Source: Eubacteriales bacterium OttesenSCG-928-K08
GTDB taxonomy: Bacteria; Bacillota; Clostridia; Christensenellales; CAG-138
DNA length: 64,000 nt
Direction of reading: 5' to 3'
NCBI GenBank assembly: GCA_030266105.1
Contig: JAJDHH010000002.1
Location: 6,396-70,395, forward strand
Shown here: positions 48,907-57,629 of the stretch, piece after piece
Layout of the letters: every line of letters begins with the position of its first letter
Numbering within the stretch: the stretch's first letter is position 1
Notes under the pieces: generated by a model
Told to the model about the DNA's origin: nothing
Database searches by the model: none
Seen by the model: only the letters and a program-made list of their open reading frames with translations
Made by a program: the position numbers and the translations under genes

Positions 48907-50283
48907 TTGCGGAAAATATCACGGCAGGGTTTGGCGTTTTGGAGCGAATTTTTCAGGATGACCATTCCAATAATACTAACTCAGCTGCTAACCTCAACGC
49001 TGCACATTGTTGATAATATAATGGTTGGCAGGTTGGGCGACACTGCGCTTGCAAGCGTTGCGCAGGCCAACCAGCTGATATTTCTTCTGCGCCTTGCGCT
49101 TTTTGGCATTGCCAGCGGCTGCTCTATTTTTGCATCGCAGCATTGGGGCGTAAAGGATATTCCGGGTATCAGGCGCGCAGTCGGCACATCCATGATCGCA
49201 ACGCTGATTGTTTCTGTGGCGGCGACGGTTGCGGCCATATTTTTCCCCGAGCAGGTTATGCGCATATATACAAAAGACCCCGAGGTCATTTTGCTGGGCG
49301 CGCAATATTTACGCATTGTCGGCATAGGCTACATTCCCGTCGGCTTGTCGCTCACATATAATGCGGCGAACCGTTCCACAGAGCGGGTGAAGATTAACCT
49401 TGTCGCATCAGCTGCGGCAATTCTGTGCAATGTGTTTTTTAACTGGTGCTTTATATTCGGGAATCTTGGCTTTCCGAGGCTTGAGGTGCGCGGCGCGGCA
49501 ATCGCAACTACGATTGCCTCCATGCTGGAGGCTGTCGTGCTTATCGGCTGGACATACTATAAAAAATACCCTGCGGCAGGCACGATAAGTCAAATGAAAC
49601 CACAATCGCTTGCGCAGGTCAAGCGCTTTTATAAGGTTGCATTTCCCGTAATCGCAAACGAGTGCATCTGGGCCACAGGCACAAGCGCCTACTACGCTGT
49701 GTATGGCAGGATGTCCACTCAGATTGTTGCCGCAATGAATGTTTTTAGCACTGTTGAGCAGGTGTTAATGGCATTCACATTTGGCATTATGAATGCAGCC
49801 AGCGTTATTGTCGGCAAGCGCATTGGCGCGGGGCTGGAGGATGAGGCCGTTTCCTGCGGCAAACGCATGATGTGGGTGACGGCGGGGCTGTCCTTGCCTA
49901 TGGGGGCGCTGCTACTGCTTAGCCGAAGCTCGATACTGAGCCTTTTTAACTTGTCGGAGGCCGCAAACAGCGCGGCATATGCGGTTATGGGGGTTGCGGC
50001 GTTTACATTTACGCTGCGCTCGGTAAACACCGTGAGCGTTGTTGGCATTGTGCGCTCAGGCGGTGATGCGATATTTTCCATGATTGTGGATGGCGGAAGT
50101 ATTTGGGCGATTGGCGTCCCGCTTGCGATATTGGGCGGGCTGGTGTTTAAGTGGCATATTGCGTATGTGTATTTGCTTATTCAATCGGAGGAGCTTGTAA
50201 AGGGTATAGTCTGCCTGTTAAGGTTCAAATCACGCAAGTGGATGCACAATCTTGTTGAAACAGAAAAAACCGGCGCAACTTAA
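48907..50283 (+). CDS. MATE family efflux transporter
   Basis: 458 aa, 12 TM segments. The N-terminal ...IPIILTQLLTSTLHIVDNIMVGRLGDTALASV is typical of MATE proteins. TTG start 8 nt after AGGAGG. Confidence 0.85.
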   Translation: MRKISRQGLAFWSEFFRMTIPIILTQLLTSTLHIVDNIMVGRLGDTALASVAQANQLIFLLRLALFGIASGCSIFASQHWGVKDIPGIRRAVGTSMIATLIVSVAATVAAIFFPEQVMRIYTKDPEVILLGAQYLRIVGIGYIPVGLSLTYNAANRSTERVKINLVASAAAILCNVFFNWCFIFGNLGFPRLEVRGAAIATTIASMLEAVVLIGWTYYKKYPAAGTISQMKPQSLAQVKRFYKVAFPVIANECIWATGTSAYYAVYGRMSTQIVAAMNVFSTVEQVLMAFTFGIMNAASVIVGKRIGAGLEDEAVSCGKRMMWVTAGLSLPMGALLLLSRSSILSLFNLSEAANSAAYAVMGVAAFTFTLRSVNTVSVVGIVRSGGDAIFSMIVDGGSIWAIGVPLAILGGLVFKWHIAYVYLLIQSEELVKGIVCLLRFKSRKWMHNLVETEKTGAT

Positions 50284-50298
50284 TTGCGCCGGTTTTTT
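50264..50298. terminator. bidirectional terminator overlapping the MATE stop codon
   Basis: AAAAAACCGGCGCAA / TTGCGCCGGTTTTTT perfect 15-bp stem. Confidence 0.7.
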
Positions 50299-50362
50299 AA
50301 AGCATTGATATGCGCAATTTAAGATTTCAAGTAAGGCAAAATGCTTTCAAATCTTTTGAAGT

Positions 50363-51862
50363 TTATTTGTGGTAAAGCTTATCGGTTGAGTATTCCGGTT
50401 CGCAGGTGATGCACACGCCCAGCTTGCGCAAGGTCGATTTATCCACATCGGAAAGCATAACGCTTGCGTGTGCATCGCTGCCGCGAAGCTTTGAAAGCTG
50501 AGCTAAAGCATGACCGGCTGTGGGGTTCGTTGCGGCGCAGATTGCAAGCGCAACGAGTATCTCATCCGTGTGCAAACAGGGGTTTTGGTTGCCCAGATGT
50601 TGCGTTTTTAAGCTTTGGATAGGCTCAATTACGATGGGGGACAGCAGCAGCATGTCCTCATGAATGCCGCCGAGCGCCTTAAGCGCGTTTAACAGCATGG
50701 CGGCGGTCGCGCCAATCAACGATGAGGTTTTGCCGGTGATAATCCGCCCGTCAGGGAGCTCGATGGCGCTCGCGGGCGCGTTTGTCAGCGCGGCCTTTTT
50801 AAGCGCCGCGCCTATTACGGGGCGCTCGTCCGCAGAAATGTTGGATTGGTTAAGCAGCAGCTCAAGCTTATACACCGGCGCGCTATCTGTAAGGCCGACC
50901 TTATAATCGCAGGCGGCGGCATAATGCCTGCGCAAAATTTCCTGGCGGGATGCGCGGCTGACAACATCGTCATCCACGATGCAATGGCCCACCATATTTA
51001 CACCCATGTCTGTCGGCGAAAAATAGGGGGAGCTGCCTTCAATGCGCTCAAACATCGCGTGCAGCACGGGGAAAACCTCAACATCGCGGTTGTAATTAAC
51101 TGCGGTTATGCCGTACTTTTCAAGGTGATAAGGGTCGATCATGTTCACATCGTTAAGGTCCGCAGTTGCGGCCTCATAAGCAAGGTTGACAGGATGCTTT
51201 AACGGGAGATTCCATATTGGGAAGGTTTCAAATTTTGCATAGCCGGATTTTATGCCCCGCTTCGAATCGTGATAAAGCTGCGAGAGGCAGGTGGCCATTT
51301 TCCCACTGCCGGGGCCCGGCGCTGTTACAACAACAAGGCTGCGCTCGGTTTTGATATATTCATTCTTGCCGTAGCCCTCATCGCTTACTATCAATGGAAT
51401 GTTAGAAGGATAGCCGGGAATGGGGTAGTGCATATATACACGAACGCCCAGCTGCTCCAGCCGGTTTTTGAAATGATCCGCTGCTTTCTGGCCGCTGTAT
51501 TGCGCTATTACAACGCTGCCGACATAAAGGCTTATATCCCTAAAAGCGTCGATAAGGCGCAAAACGTCCATATCGTATGTTATGCCAAGGTCGCCCCTGC
51601 GTTTGTTTTTTTCGATATCCGCCGCGTTTATTACGATCACAATTTCGGCCTGCTCGCGTAATTGCAAAAGCATGTTGACCTTACTATCAGGCCTGAAGCC
51701 GGGCAAAACGCGGGATGCGTGAAAATCGTCGAATAATTTGCCGCCAAATTCAAGATACAGCTTGCCCCCAAAGCGATCAAGTCGTTCCCTGATGTGCTGG
51801 GATTGCAGCTGTATGTATTTTTCGTTATCGAATCCTATGCAGGCGGCGGTGGATGGAGCCAT
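50363..51862 (-). CDS. DUF1846 (UPF0371) family protein
   Basis: Start trimmed to MAPSTAACIGFDNEKYIQLQSQHIRERL...GGKLYLEFGGKLFDDFHASRVLPGF, the UPF0371 N-terminal signature. GGGAGG SD 9 nt upstream. Confidence 0.85.
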   Translation of the reverse strand: MAPSTAACIGFDNEKYIQLQSQHIRERLDRFGGKLYLEFGGKLFDDFHASRVLPGFRPDSKVNMLLQLREQAEIVIVINAADIEKNKRRGDLGITYDMDVLRLIDAFRDISLYVGSVVIAQYSGQKAADHFKNRLEQLGVRVYMHYPIPGYPSNIPLIVSDEGYGKNEYIKTERSLVVVTAPGPGSGKMATCLSQLYHDSKRGIKSGYAKFETFPIWNLPLKHPVNLAYEAATADLNDVNMIDPYHLEKYGITAVNYNRDVEVFPVLHAMFERIEGSSPYFSPTDMGVNMVGHCIVDDDVVSRASRQEILRRHYAAACDYKVGLTDSAPVYKLELLLNQSNISADERPVIGAALKKAALTNAPASAIELPDGRIITGKTSSLIGATAAMLLNALKALGGIHEDMLLLSPIVIEPIQSLKTQHLGNQNPCLHTDEILVALAICAATNPTAGHALAQLSKLRGSDAHASVMLSDVDKSTLRKLGVCITCEPEYSTDKLYHK

Positions 51863-51963
51863 AAAAGAAAACCTCCCACTCATAAGTTAGTGAACACTCA
51901 TACCTGTCCTATCATAATGGTTTTGGGGGAGATTAGCAATCGAGATTTTGTCATATTCACTTT

Positions 51964-53079
51964 TTAGAGCGGAAGTTCATGCGCAAACGGTGAGTGCACA
52001 TCGTTTGTGCTCAAGCGCAGGCGCCATTCAATTTCGCTTTCGGGTCTGGATAGGTCGATGGGCATGCACGAGCTTCGTTTGGTGAGCGTTGGCGTAAGAA
52101 CGCGGTGCGAATAGGCTTCAAAATCATTTTGAATTTTGCCTACAAGTATGTTGACGGCAACATCCGCCATGGCAGCTTTAGGCTGCTCAATTGTGGTCAG
52201 GTTAATTTTAGGCAGCTGCGCGTATCGGATATTATCAAAGCCCAATAGAGAAATATCTTCAGGTATGCGGATGCCATATTCATCGGCCGCCTGCAGCACG
52301 CCCAGCGCAAATGTGTCGGTGCTGGCCTGTATTGCAGTAAAATCCTGCCGCTCGCGGAAAAGCTGGCGCGCCATTTCGTAGCCGTTGGTAATCGTTGTTG
52401 CGTCGGTATAACTATCAAAAAACATGGGTTCAACGCCATGCTGCAGGCAAGCATCCTGGTAGCCCATTGCGCGCAGGGTGTGGGTCGCGGTGGTAGAGCG
52501 CCGCCCAAAATAGAGTATGCGCTTGTGGCCGAGCGCCATTAAATACTCAGCGCCAATAAACGTGCCCCTGTAATTATCAACAGTCACATAGCTTTCGGGC
52601 GCTTCCATCAGGTTTTCGTTCACAAACACGGTTGGAACCTTATTGAGATATTTTTTCAGGTTCGGGTAACTATCCCTTGCGGTGGGGATTATTATGATGC
52701 CATCCACCTGCCGGCCAAGAACCAGGTTGATTGCTTTTTCCTCTTCCTTAAGGTCGTAGGATGAGCTGCACAGCATTATGCTATAGTCAAGCGAGCGGGC
52801 AATGCACTCGATATGGTATGCCATTTCGGACATAAACGGATTATCTATGCTTGGCAGCACAAGCCCAAGCAAGCGTGTTTCGCGCATTACCATCGAGCGG
52901 GCAACGTAATTGGTTGTGTAGCCCAAACGATCGCACACCTCAAGCACACGCTGGCGGGTATCCTCACGGATGGAGCTGCCGGGCGAAAGCGCGCGCGAAA
53001 CCGTTGCGTAGGAAACATTCGCCTCACGCGCAACGTCTTTTATGGTGACGGTTTTTTTTGTTTGGTTGGATGCGCTCAT
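51964..53079 (-). CDS. LacI family transcriptional regulator
   Basis: N-terminal HTH VTIKDVAREANVSYATVSRAL plus a periplasmic-binding-protein-like effector domain. Divergent from uxaE. Confidence 0.9.
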   Translation of the reverse strand: MSASNQTKKTVTIKDVAREANVSYATVSRALSPGSSIREDTRQRVLEVCDRLGYTTNYVARSMVMRETRLLGLVLPSIDNPFMSEMAYHIECIARSLDYSIMLCSSSYDLKEEEKAINLVLGRQVDGIIIIPTARDSYPNLKKYLNKVPTVFVNENLMEAPESYVTVDNYRGTFIGAEYLMALGHKRILYFGRRSTTATHTLRAMGYQDACLQHGVEPMFFDSYTDATTITNGYEMARQLFRERQDFTAIQASTDTFALGVLQAADEYGIRIPEDISLLGFDNIRYAQLPKINLTTIEQPKAAMADVAVNILVGKIQNDFEAYSHRVLTPTLTKRSSCMPIDLSRPESEIEWRLRLSTNDVHSPFAHELPL

Positions 53080-53097
53080 AAATAATACCCTTCAAAA

Positions 53098-53111
53098 TGA
53101 AAACGTTTACA
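53098..53111. promoter_or_regulatory. LacI-family/cre-like operator O1
   Basis: TGAAAACGTTTACA is a 14-bp near-palindrome with a perfect AAACGTTT core. It lies 19 nt upstream of the LacI start codon. Confidence 0.55.
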
Positions 53112-53257
53112 ATTAAGCATATTCATTGTTGATTTATTTTATACTACTATAGGTTTTATATGTTTGTCAAACCCCACAAACGAAAAATATGGAGCAATTT
53201 TGCTGAAAAACCGACTCTCGTATGAAAAAGATCGAAATTTATCATATAAAAACAAGC

Positions 53258-53286
53258 TTGACACTCTAATTTGCAGCTTGTATAAT
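53258..53286 (+). promoter_or_regulatory. consensus sigma-A promoter of the uxaE-iol cluster
   Basis: TTGACA, 17-nt spacer, TATAAT: perfect hexamers. Confidence 0.75.
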
Positions 53287-53294
53287 GTAGTTGT

Positions 53295-53308
53295 TGCAAA
53301 CGTTTACA
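53295..53308. promoter_or_regulatory. LacI-family/cre-like operator O2
   Basis: TGCAAACGTTTACA begins 9 nt downstream of the -10 (roadblock position). Confidence 0.55.
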
Positions 53309-53311
53309 AAT

Positions 53312-53325
53312 TGAAAATGTTTACA
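53312..53325. promoter_or_regulatory. LacI-family/cre-like operator O3 (one core mismatch)
   Basis: TGAAAATGTTTACA lies 3 nt after O2. Confidence 0.45.
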
Positions 53326-53411
53326 GTGCTTTCTCTGGATTACAGTTGTTTTTTCTTAACATAAATATCTTGCTGCGATGCGGTTAAAAATATTCTCGGA
53401 GGATTTTTTGC

Positions 53412-54956
53412 ATGTGTAAGCTGAAGCATTTTGATCCACAGGCCAATCAGGACCCACAGTCTTTTGGAGTATACCCCAAATCCATCCATAAAACCGCAGA
53501 CGGCGCTTATGTTTACATGGCTAAGCAGGAAAATGGAAGGGATACGCTTGTCACATCCGATCCAAGCCTTTTTTCACAAAGCGAAACTTTTGAAAACGAT
53601 AATAAAACATATGCCTGCGCCCCGCTTTCGCATGAAAACGCGGCTGCGCTTCGCAAGCTGTTTCCGTTTACCGCGCCATCCCCCGTGCTCCGTAACGAGC
53701 GCAGCGTTGGCGTGGGGGATCGCCTTGGCATTGCATGTCCCGGGCATATCCGCGTGTTTGAAAAGTACGATGCGTTTCCTGTGTTTGCTCAGCAATCCAT
53801 ACGCGAGCTTACCCTTACAGGCCGCACATATGACAATGTGCTCGATTGCGTGACATTTTCAGTGTTCCGCGAGAATTTCACAAAGGGCTTTGGCGCGGAT
53901 GGCGACCATCTTAAAACGGCCGAAGAGCTGGAATATGCGCTTGGCTGTGGCTATACGATGATTACGCTCGATTGTAGCGAGCATATCCGAAACGATATCG
54001 GCGCAATGAGCGATGAACAGGTAAACGCCGAATACAAACACAATGCAGAACTCGAAAAAGAATACATGAACCAGTGCTTCCTCTTTGAGGGGCTTGCGCT
54101 GGTGTTTGATGAATTCAGCTTTAAGCGCATGACGCTCATCTATAACGATGCGATCGACTTTGCCGCGAGCATTTATGAGCGTTTCATCAAAGGCCGCGAT
54201 GATGTGGACTTTGAAATCTCAATTGATGAAACAGCCACACCCACAACACCCCTGCAGCATTTTTATGTGGTGAGTGAACTTATCAAGCGCGGTGTAAAAT
54301 TCCAAACCGTTGCTCCACGTTTTTGCGGTGAGTTCCAAAAGGGCGTGGATTACATCGGCGATATCGAGCAGTTCCGCCGCGAATTTGAAGAGCACGCGCT
54401 TATTGCCAAGCATTTTAATTACAAAATCAGCGTGCACTCCGGCTCCGATAAATTTATGGTTTTCCCCATCGTGGGCGAGCTCACAAACGGCCGCTTCCAC
54501 TTAAAAACAGCAGGAACCAACTGGCTTGAGGCCATGAAGCTCGTGGCGATGAAGGATGCGTCGCTCTACCGCGAGGTTCACGCATTTGCGCTTAGCGTAT
54601 TTGAGCAGGCAAAAAAATACTACCATGTCACAACCGATCTTTCGCGCATACCTGCGCTTGATACGCTCACCGATGCGCAGCTTCCCGGCCTGTTTGATCA
54701 AAATGATGCAAGGCAGCTTATCCACATCACATATGGAATTATCCTTACGGAAAAGAATGCGGATGGCTCGCTCCGTTTCCACGACAGATTATACGATCTG
54801 TGGAATAAATACGCCGATGATTATGCCGCTCTTTTAGAGGCGCACATTGGCAGACATCTGGAGCTTTTGTATAGCGGTTTCCATCACCATGGCGGCGATT
54901 GCTGCGGCCAGCACGAGCATAACCACGGCGGCTGCTGCGGCCACCACAAACATTAA
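53412..54956 (+). CDS. uxaE: tagaturonate/fructuronate epimerase UxaE with His/Cys-rich C-terminal extension
   Basis: Long collinear similarity to the Thermotoga UxaE sequence as I recall it: GDRLGI..PGHIR...FPVFAQQSIRE...TGRT..NVLD, GFGADGDHLK, DFEISIDETATPTTPLQHF, ISVHSGSDKF, HLKTAGTNWLEA, ARQLIHITYG. Ends with HHHGGDCCGQHEHNHGGCCGHHKH. Confidence 0.85.
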   Translation: MCKLKHFDPQANQDPQSFGVYPKSIHKTADGAYVYMAKQENGRDTLVTSDPSLFSQSETFENDNKTYACAPLSHENAAALRKLFPFTAPSPVLRNERSVGVGDRLGIACPGHIRVFEKYDAFPVFAQQSIRELTLTGRTYDNVLDCVTFSVFRENFTKGFGADGDHLKTAEELEYALGCGYTMITLDCSEHIRNDIGAMSDEQVNAEYKHNAELEKEYMNQCFLFEGLALVFDEFSFKRMTLIYNDAIDFAASIYERFIKGRDDVDFEISIDETATPTTPLQHFYVVSELIKRGVKFQTVAPRFCGEFQKGVDYIGDIEQFRREFEEHALIAKHFNYKISVHSGSDKFMVFPIVGELTNGRFHLKTAGTNWLEAMKLVAMKDASLYREVHAFALSVFEQAKKYYHVTTDLSRIPALDTLTDAQLPGLFDQNDARQLIHITYGIILTEKNADGSLRFHDRLYDLWNKYADDYAALLEAHIGRHLELLYSGFHHHGGDCCGQHEHNHGGCCGHHKH

Positions 54957-55023
54957 GACCCTTATGGGTGCGGCCCAATTAAATGGCCGATCCAAAAAAA
55001 TATTATCAAAGAGGTGCAAAACA

Positions 55024-56223
55024 ATGGCAAAAATGAGAGGCGTTACTCTGGATGCAACATGGGCGCCCAAGCCGGAATTTAAGCTTGGCGCAAAGGACAT
55101 CGAAGGCGTACAAACATACCTGGGCAGCCTTGTTTGGAAGGATCCCAGCATCAGCATCAAAGAATACGATATTCCCGAGCCTGGCCCGGGTGAGGTTCTC
55201 ATTAAGCTTAAGGCCTGCGGCATTTGCGGAAGCGACGTTCACATGGCGCAAGCTAAGGAAGATGGCTACATCTTCTACCCCGGCCTGACCGGCTTCCCCT
55301 GCATTCTTGGCCATGAGCTTTCGGGCGTTGTTGTTAAAGGCGGCCCCGGCGCGAAGGATAAGGCAACAAACAAGCCCTTCGTAGGCGGCGAACTGGTTTG
55401 CGCAGAAGAAATGCTCTGGTGCGGTTCCTGCAAGCCCTGTGCTGATGGCTGGCCCAACCACTGCGAGCGTCTGGATGAGATCGGCTTTAACGTAAACGGC
55501 GCGTTCTGCGATTACATCGTGCTGCCCGACCGTTGCCTGTGGAGCCTTGAGCCCCTTCGCGCAACATTTAAGGATGAGAAGGATATCTTCCTCGCCGGTT
55601 CCCTGGTTGAACCCTGCTGCGTAGCCTACAACGCTGTTATCGAGCGTGGCGGCGGCATCCGCCCTGGCGACAATGTCGTCATCTGCGGCGCCGGCCCTGT
55701 TGGCCTGGCTGCATGCGCAATCCTCAAGCGTCAGGGTGCTGCAAAGGTCATCCTGAGCGAACCCCAGAAGGAACGTGCGGATTTGGCCCTCCAGATGGGC
55801 GCCGATGTTGTTATCGATCCCACGAAGGTTGACTTTGCACAGGAAGTTTTGCGCTTGACAGATGGCATGGGCGCAGCGCTCTACCTCGAAGCAACAGGTC
55901 TGCCCACAGTTGTGTATCCGGGCATTGAGCAGGCGATCTGGGAAGGCCGCACGCTTAACTCCACAATCGTTGTTGTTGCCCGTGCAGAAGCCAAAATGCC
56001 TGTCACAGGCGAAGTGCTCCAGGTTCGCCGCGCGAACATCGTGGGCGCACAGGGCCACTCCGGCCACGGCACATTCCCGCGCGTTATCGAGAGCATGGCT
56101 TCCGGCATGAACATGCTGCCCATGATCACAAAGCGCATCACTCTGGACGAAGTGCCCGAGAACGTCATCGCCCTGCAAACGGATCGTAAGAACTGCAAGA
56201 TCACCTGCGTGATGGACGACTAA
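55024..56223 (+). CDS. iolM: Zn-dependent medium-chain dehydrogenase, candidate scyllo-inosose 3-dehydrogenase (IolM-like)
   Basis: Start trimmed to MAKMRGVTLD (AGAGGTG SD). MDR motifs are CGICGSDVH, GHELSGVV, a structural Zn site CGSCKPCADGWPNHC, and the Rossmann motif ICGAGPVGLAA. The functional call rests on context with iolG, iolN-like, iolO-like and uxaE. Confidence 0.6.
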   Translation: MAKMRGVTLDATWAPKPEFKLGAKDIEGVQTYLGSLVWKDPSISIKEYDIPEPGPGEVLIKLKACGICGSDVHMAQAKEDGYIFYPGLTGFPCILGHELSGVVVKGGPGAKDKATNKPFVGGELVCAEEMLWCGSCKPCADGWPNHCERLDEIGFNVNGAFCDYIVLPDRCLWSLEPLRATFKDEKDIFLAGSLVEPCCVAYNAVIERGGGIRPGDNVVICGAGPVGLAACAILKRQGAAKVILSEPQKERADLALQMGADVVIDPTKVDFAQEVLRLTDGMGAALYLEATGLPTVVYPGIEQAIWEGRTLNSTIVVVARAEAKMPVTGEVLQVRRANIVGAQGHSGHGTFPRVIESMASGMNMLPMITKRITLDEVPENVIALQTDRKNCKITCVMDD

Positions 56224-56251
56224 GCGATTAGAGAAGATTAGGAGAAAAATT

Positions 56252-57370
56252 ATGGCTAAGCAAAAAATCGATTGGTTAATGACCGATATGCCCGGCATCA
56301 TGTTTGAGGATACCACGGTTGGCCGCCTCAAAAAGGAAGTCTGGGATATGAGCGAAGAGCAGCTTGACGCTGTGCTTATGGAATACGGCATCCCCTCCGA
56401 GCCGGAGCTTGGTAAGGCCGGCTGCTACATTCAGAACACCCCACGCTGCAAGGTAATCGAAAAGCGCCGCAAGAACGACATCGTGTTTGTTCCCATCGGC
56501 TGCACGGAAAACCACGGCCTGCATGCGAATACAGGGCTCGACACATTTATGTGCACACAGATACTCGAAGGCGTGCGCCGCTACACTGCCAAGCAGGGCT
56601 GCGAAGTCAACCTCGCTTTCCCGCCGCTCAACTATGGCGGTCACCCCTACCACCACATCGGCATGCCCGGCACGATCAACATGCCGCACGAAGTGGTTGT
56701 AGAAACCCTCATCTACTGCATGCTCGGTCTGTGGAACGATGGCTTCCGCAAGATCATCCTCATCAACAACCACGGTCACCTGTGGATGCTCGAAGCCGCC
56801 ATTCAGGAGTTCTGCAAGCGCTTCCAGCTGCCCGGCCTCTTCCGCACACTGGAATGGCACCGCGCAGTTCGCGAGTTCTTCATCCCCAACAACAAGCCGG
56901 ATAGCCTTGACACCACATTCATCCATGCCGACGAGTGCGAAACCTCCGTTGCGCTGCTGATGTTTAAGGACATGGTTGACATGAGCGTTGCCGAGGATAA
57001 GTGGGGCGAAGCATACCTGCCCGATGGCCACTTCGACAAATCCATCGAGCCGCTGCGCCGCCCGCACCGCTGGAGCGAGGGCGAGGGCCATGCTTCAATC
57101 GAAATGGCGACAAACCGCGAAGGCGTTGTTGGCACACCCACAATCGCCGAAGCCCGCAAGGCAAAGCGCCCGATCGTTGCCATCCTCAAGTATTTAACAC
57201 TGCTTAACGAGCAGATCCTCGAAGCCTTCCCCGCGGGCACAGTGCCGCCGGTTGAAAAGACCACACTGCGCACCGAAGAAGAAATGGCCCCATACCTCAA
57301 GGAGCCTTTCTCCGAGGGCTGGAAGTCCGTGTACGAAATTCCGATGCGCGGCGTATTCACAAAACTATAA
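56252..57370 (+). CDS. iolN: creatininase-family hydrolase, candidate 3-dehydro-scyllo-inosose hydrolase (IolN-like)
   Basis: The creatininase-type metal-binding pattern is present (VFVPIGCTENHGLH, HADECETS). AGGAG SD. Functional call by context. Confidence 0.6.
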   Translation: MAKQKIDWLMTDMPGIMFEDTTVGRLKKEVWDMSEEQLDAVLMEYGIPSEPELGKAGCYIQNTPRCKVIEKRRKNDIVFVPIGCTENHGLHANTGLDTFMCTQILEGVRRYTAKQGCEVNLAFPPLNYGGHPYHHIGMPGTINMPHEVVVETLIYCMLGLWNDGFRKIILINNHGHLWMLEAAIQEFCKRFQLPGLFRTLEWHRAVREFFIPNNKPDSLDTTFIHADECETSVALLMFKDMVDMSVAEDKWGEAYLPDGHFDKSIEPLRRPHRWSEGEGHASIEMATNREGVVGTPTIAEARKAKRPIVAILKYLTLLNEQILEAFPAGTVPPVEKTTLRTEEEMAPYLKEPFSEGWKSVYEIPMRGVFTKL

Positions 57371-57377
57371 GGAACTT

Positions 57378-57534
57378 TCAAAAAAATGGCGGCACCATTT
57401 TTTTGAGGGAACCACGTTTTCCTGTTTGCTGTGGCAAACGGCCGGAAAACGTTTTAAGGAGTGGGCTGCGGCCGTACACGCCGCCCTTGCCCACATATTA
57501 AAAATCAAGGGACTGCGGCCCCTTGATAATCCCC
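57378..57534 (-). repeat. structured intergenic repeat element, copy C (inverted orientation)
   Basis: The reverse complement reads GGGGATTATCAAGGGGCCGCAGTCCCTTGATTTTTAATATGTGGGCAAGGGCGGCGTGTACGGCCGCAGCCCACTCCTTAAAACGTTTTCCGGCCGTTTGCCACAGCAAACAGGAAAACGTGGTTCCCTCAAAAAAATGGTGCCGCCATTTTTTTGA. The 5' half is nearly identical to copy B. The third stem has a different sequence but the same architecture. Confidence 0.85.
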
Positions 57535-57557
57535 TGGAGGGGTCTTGCATTGACCGA

Positions 57558-57591
57558 ATGGCCGCCGCAACTGCGGCGGCCATGCTTTTTT
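57558..57591 (+). terminator. intrinsic terminator between iolN-like and iolO-like genes
   Basis: ATGGCCGCCGCA / TGCGGCGGCCAT stem followed by GCTTTTTT. Confidence 0.7.
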
Positions 57592-57629
57592 ACACTGGGA
57601 TTCAAGTTTTCAACTAAGATAAATAAGAA

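Noticed and set aside
55006-57091. 461-aa (55006..56391) and 271-aa (56276..57091) minus-strand ORFs opposite the iolM-like and iolN-like genes.
   Set aside because: These are shadow ORFs opposite genes with clear MDR dehydrogenase and creatininase-family motifs. They have Ala/Gly/Arg-rich nonsense composition and no SD.
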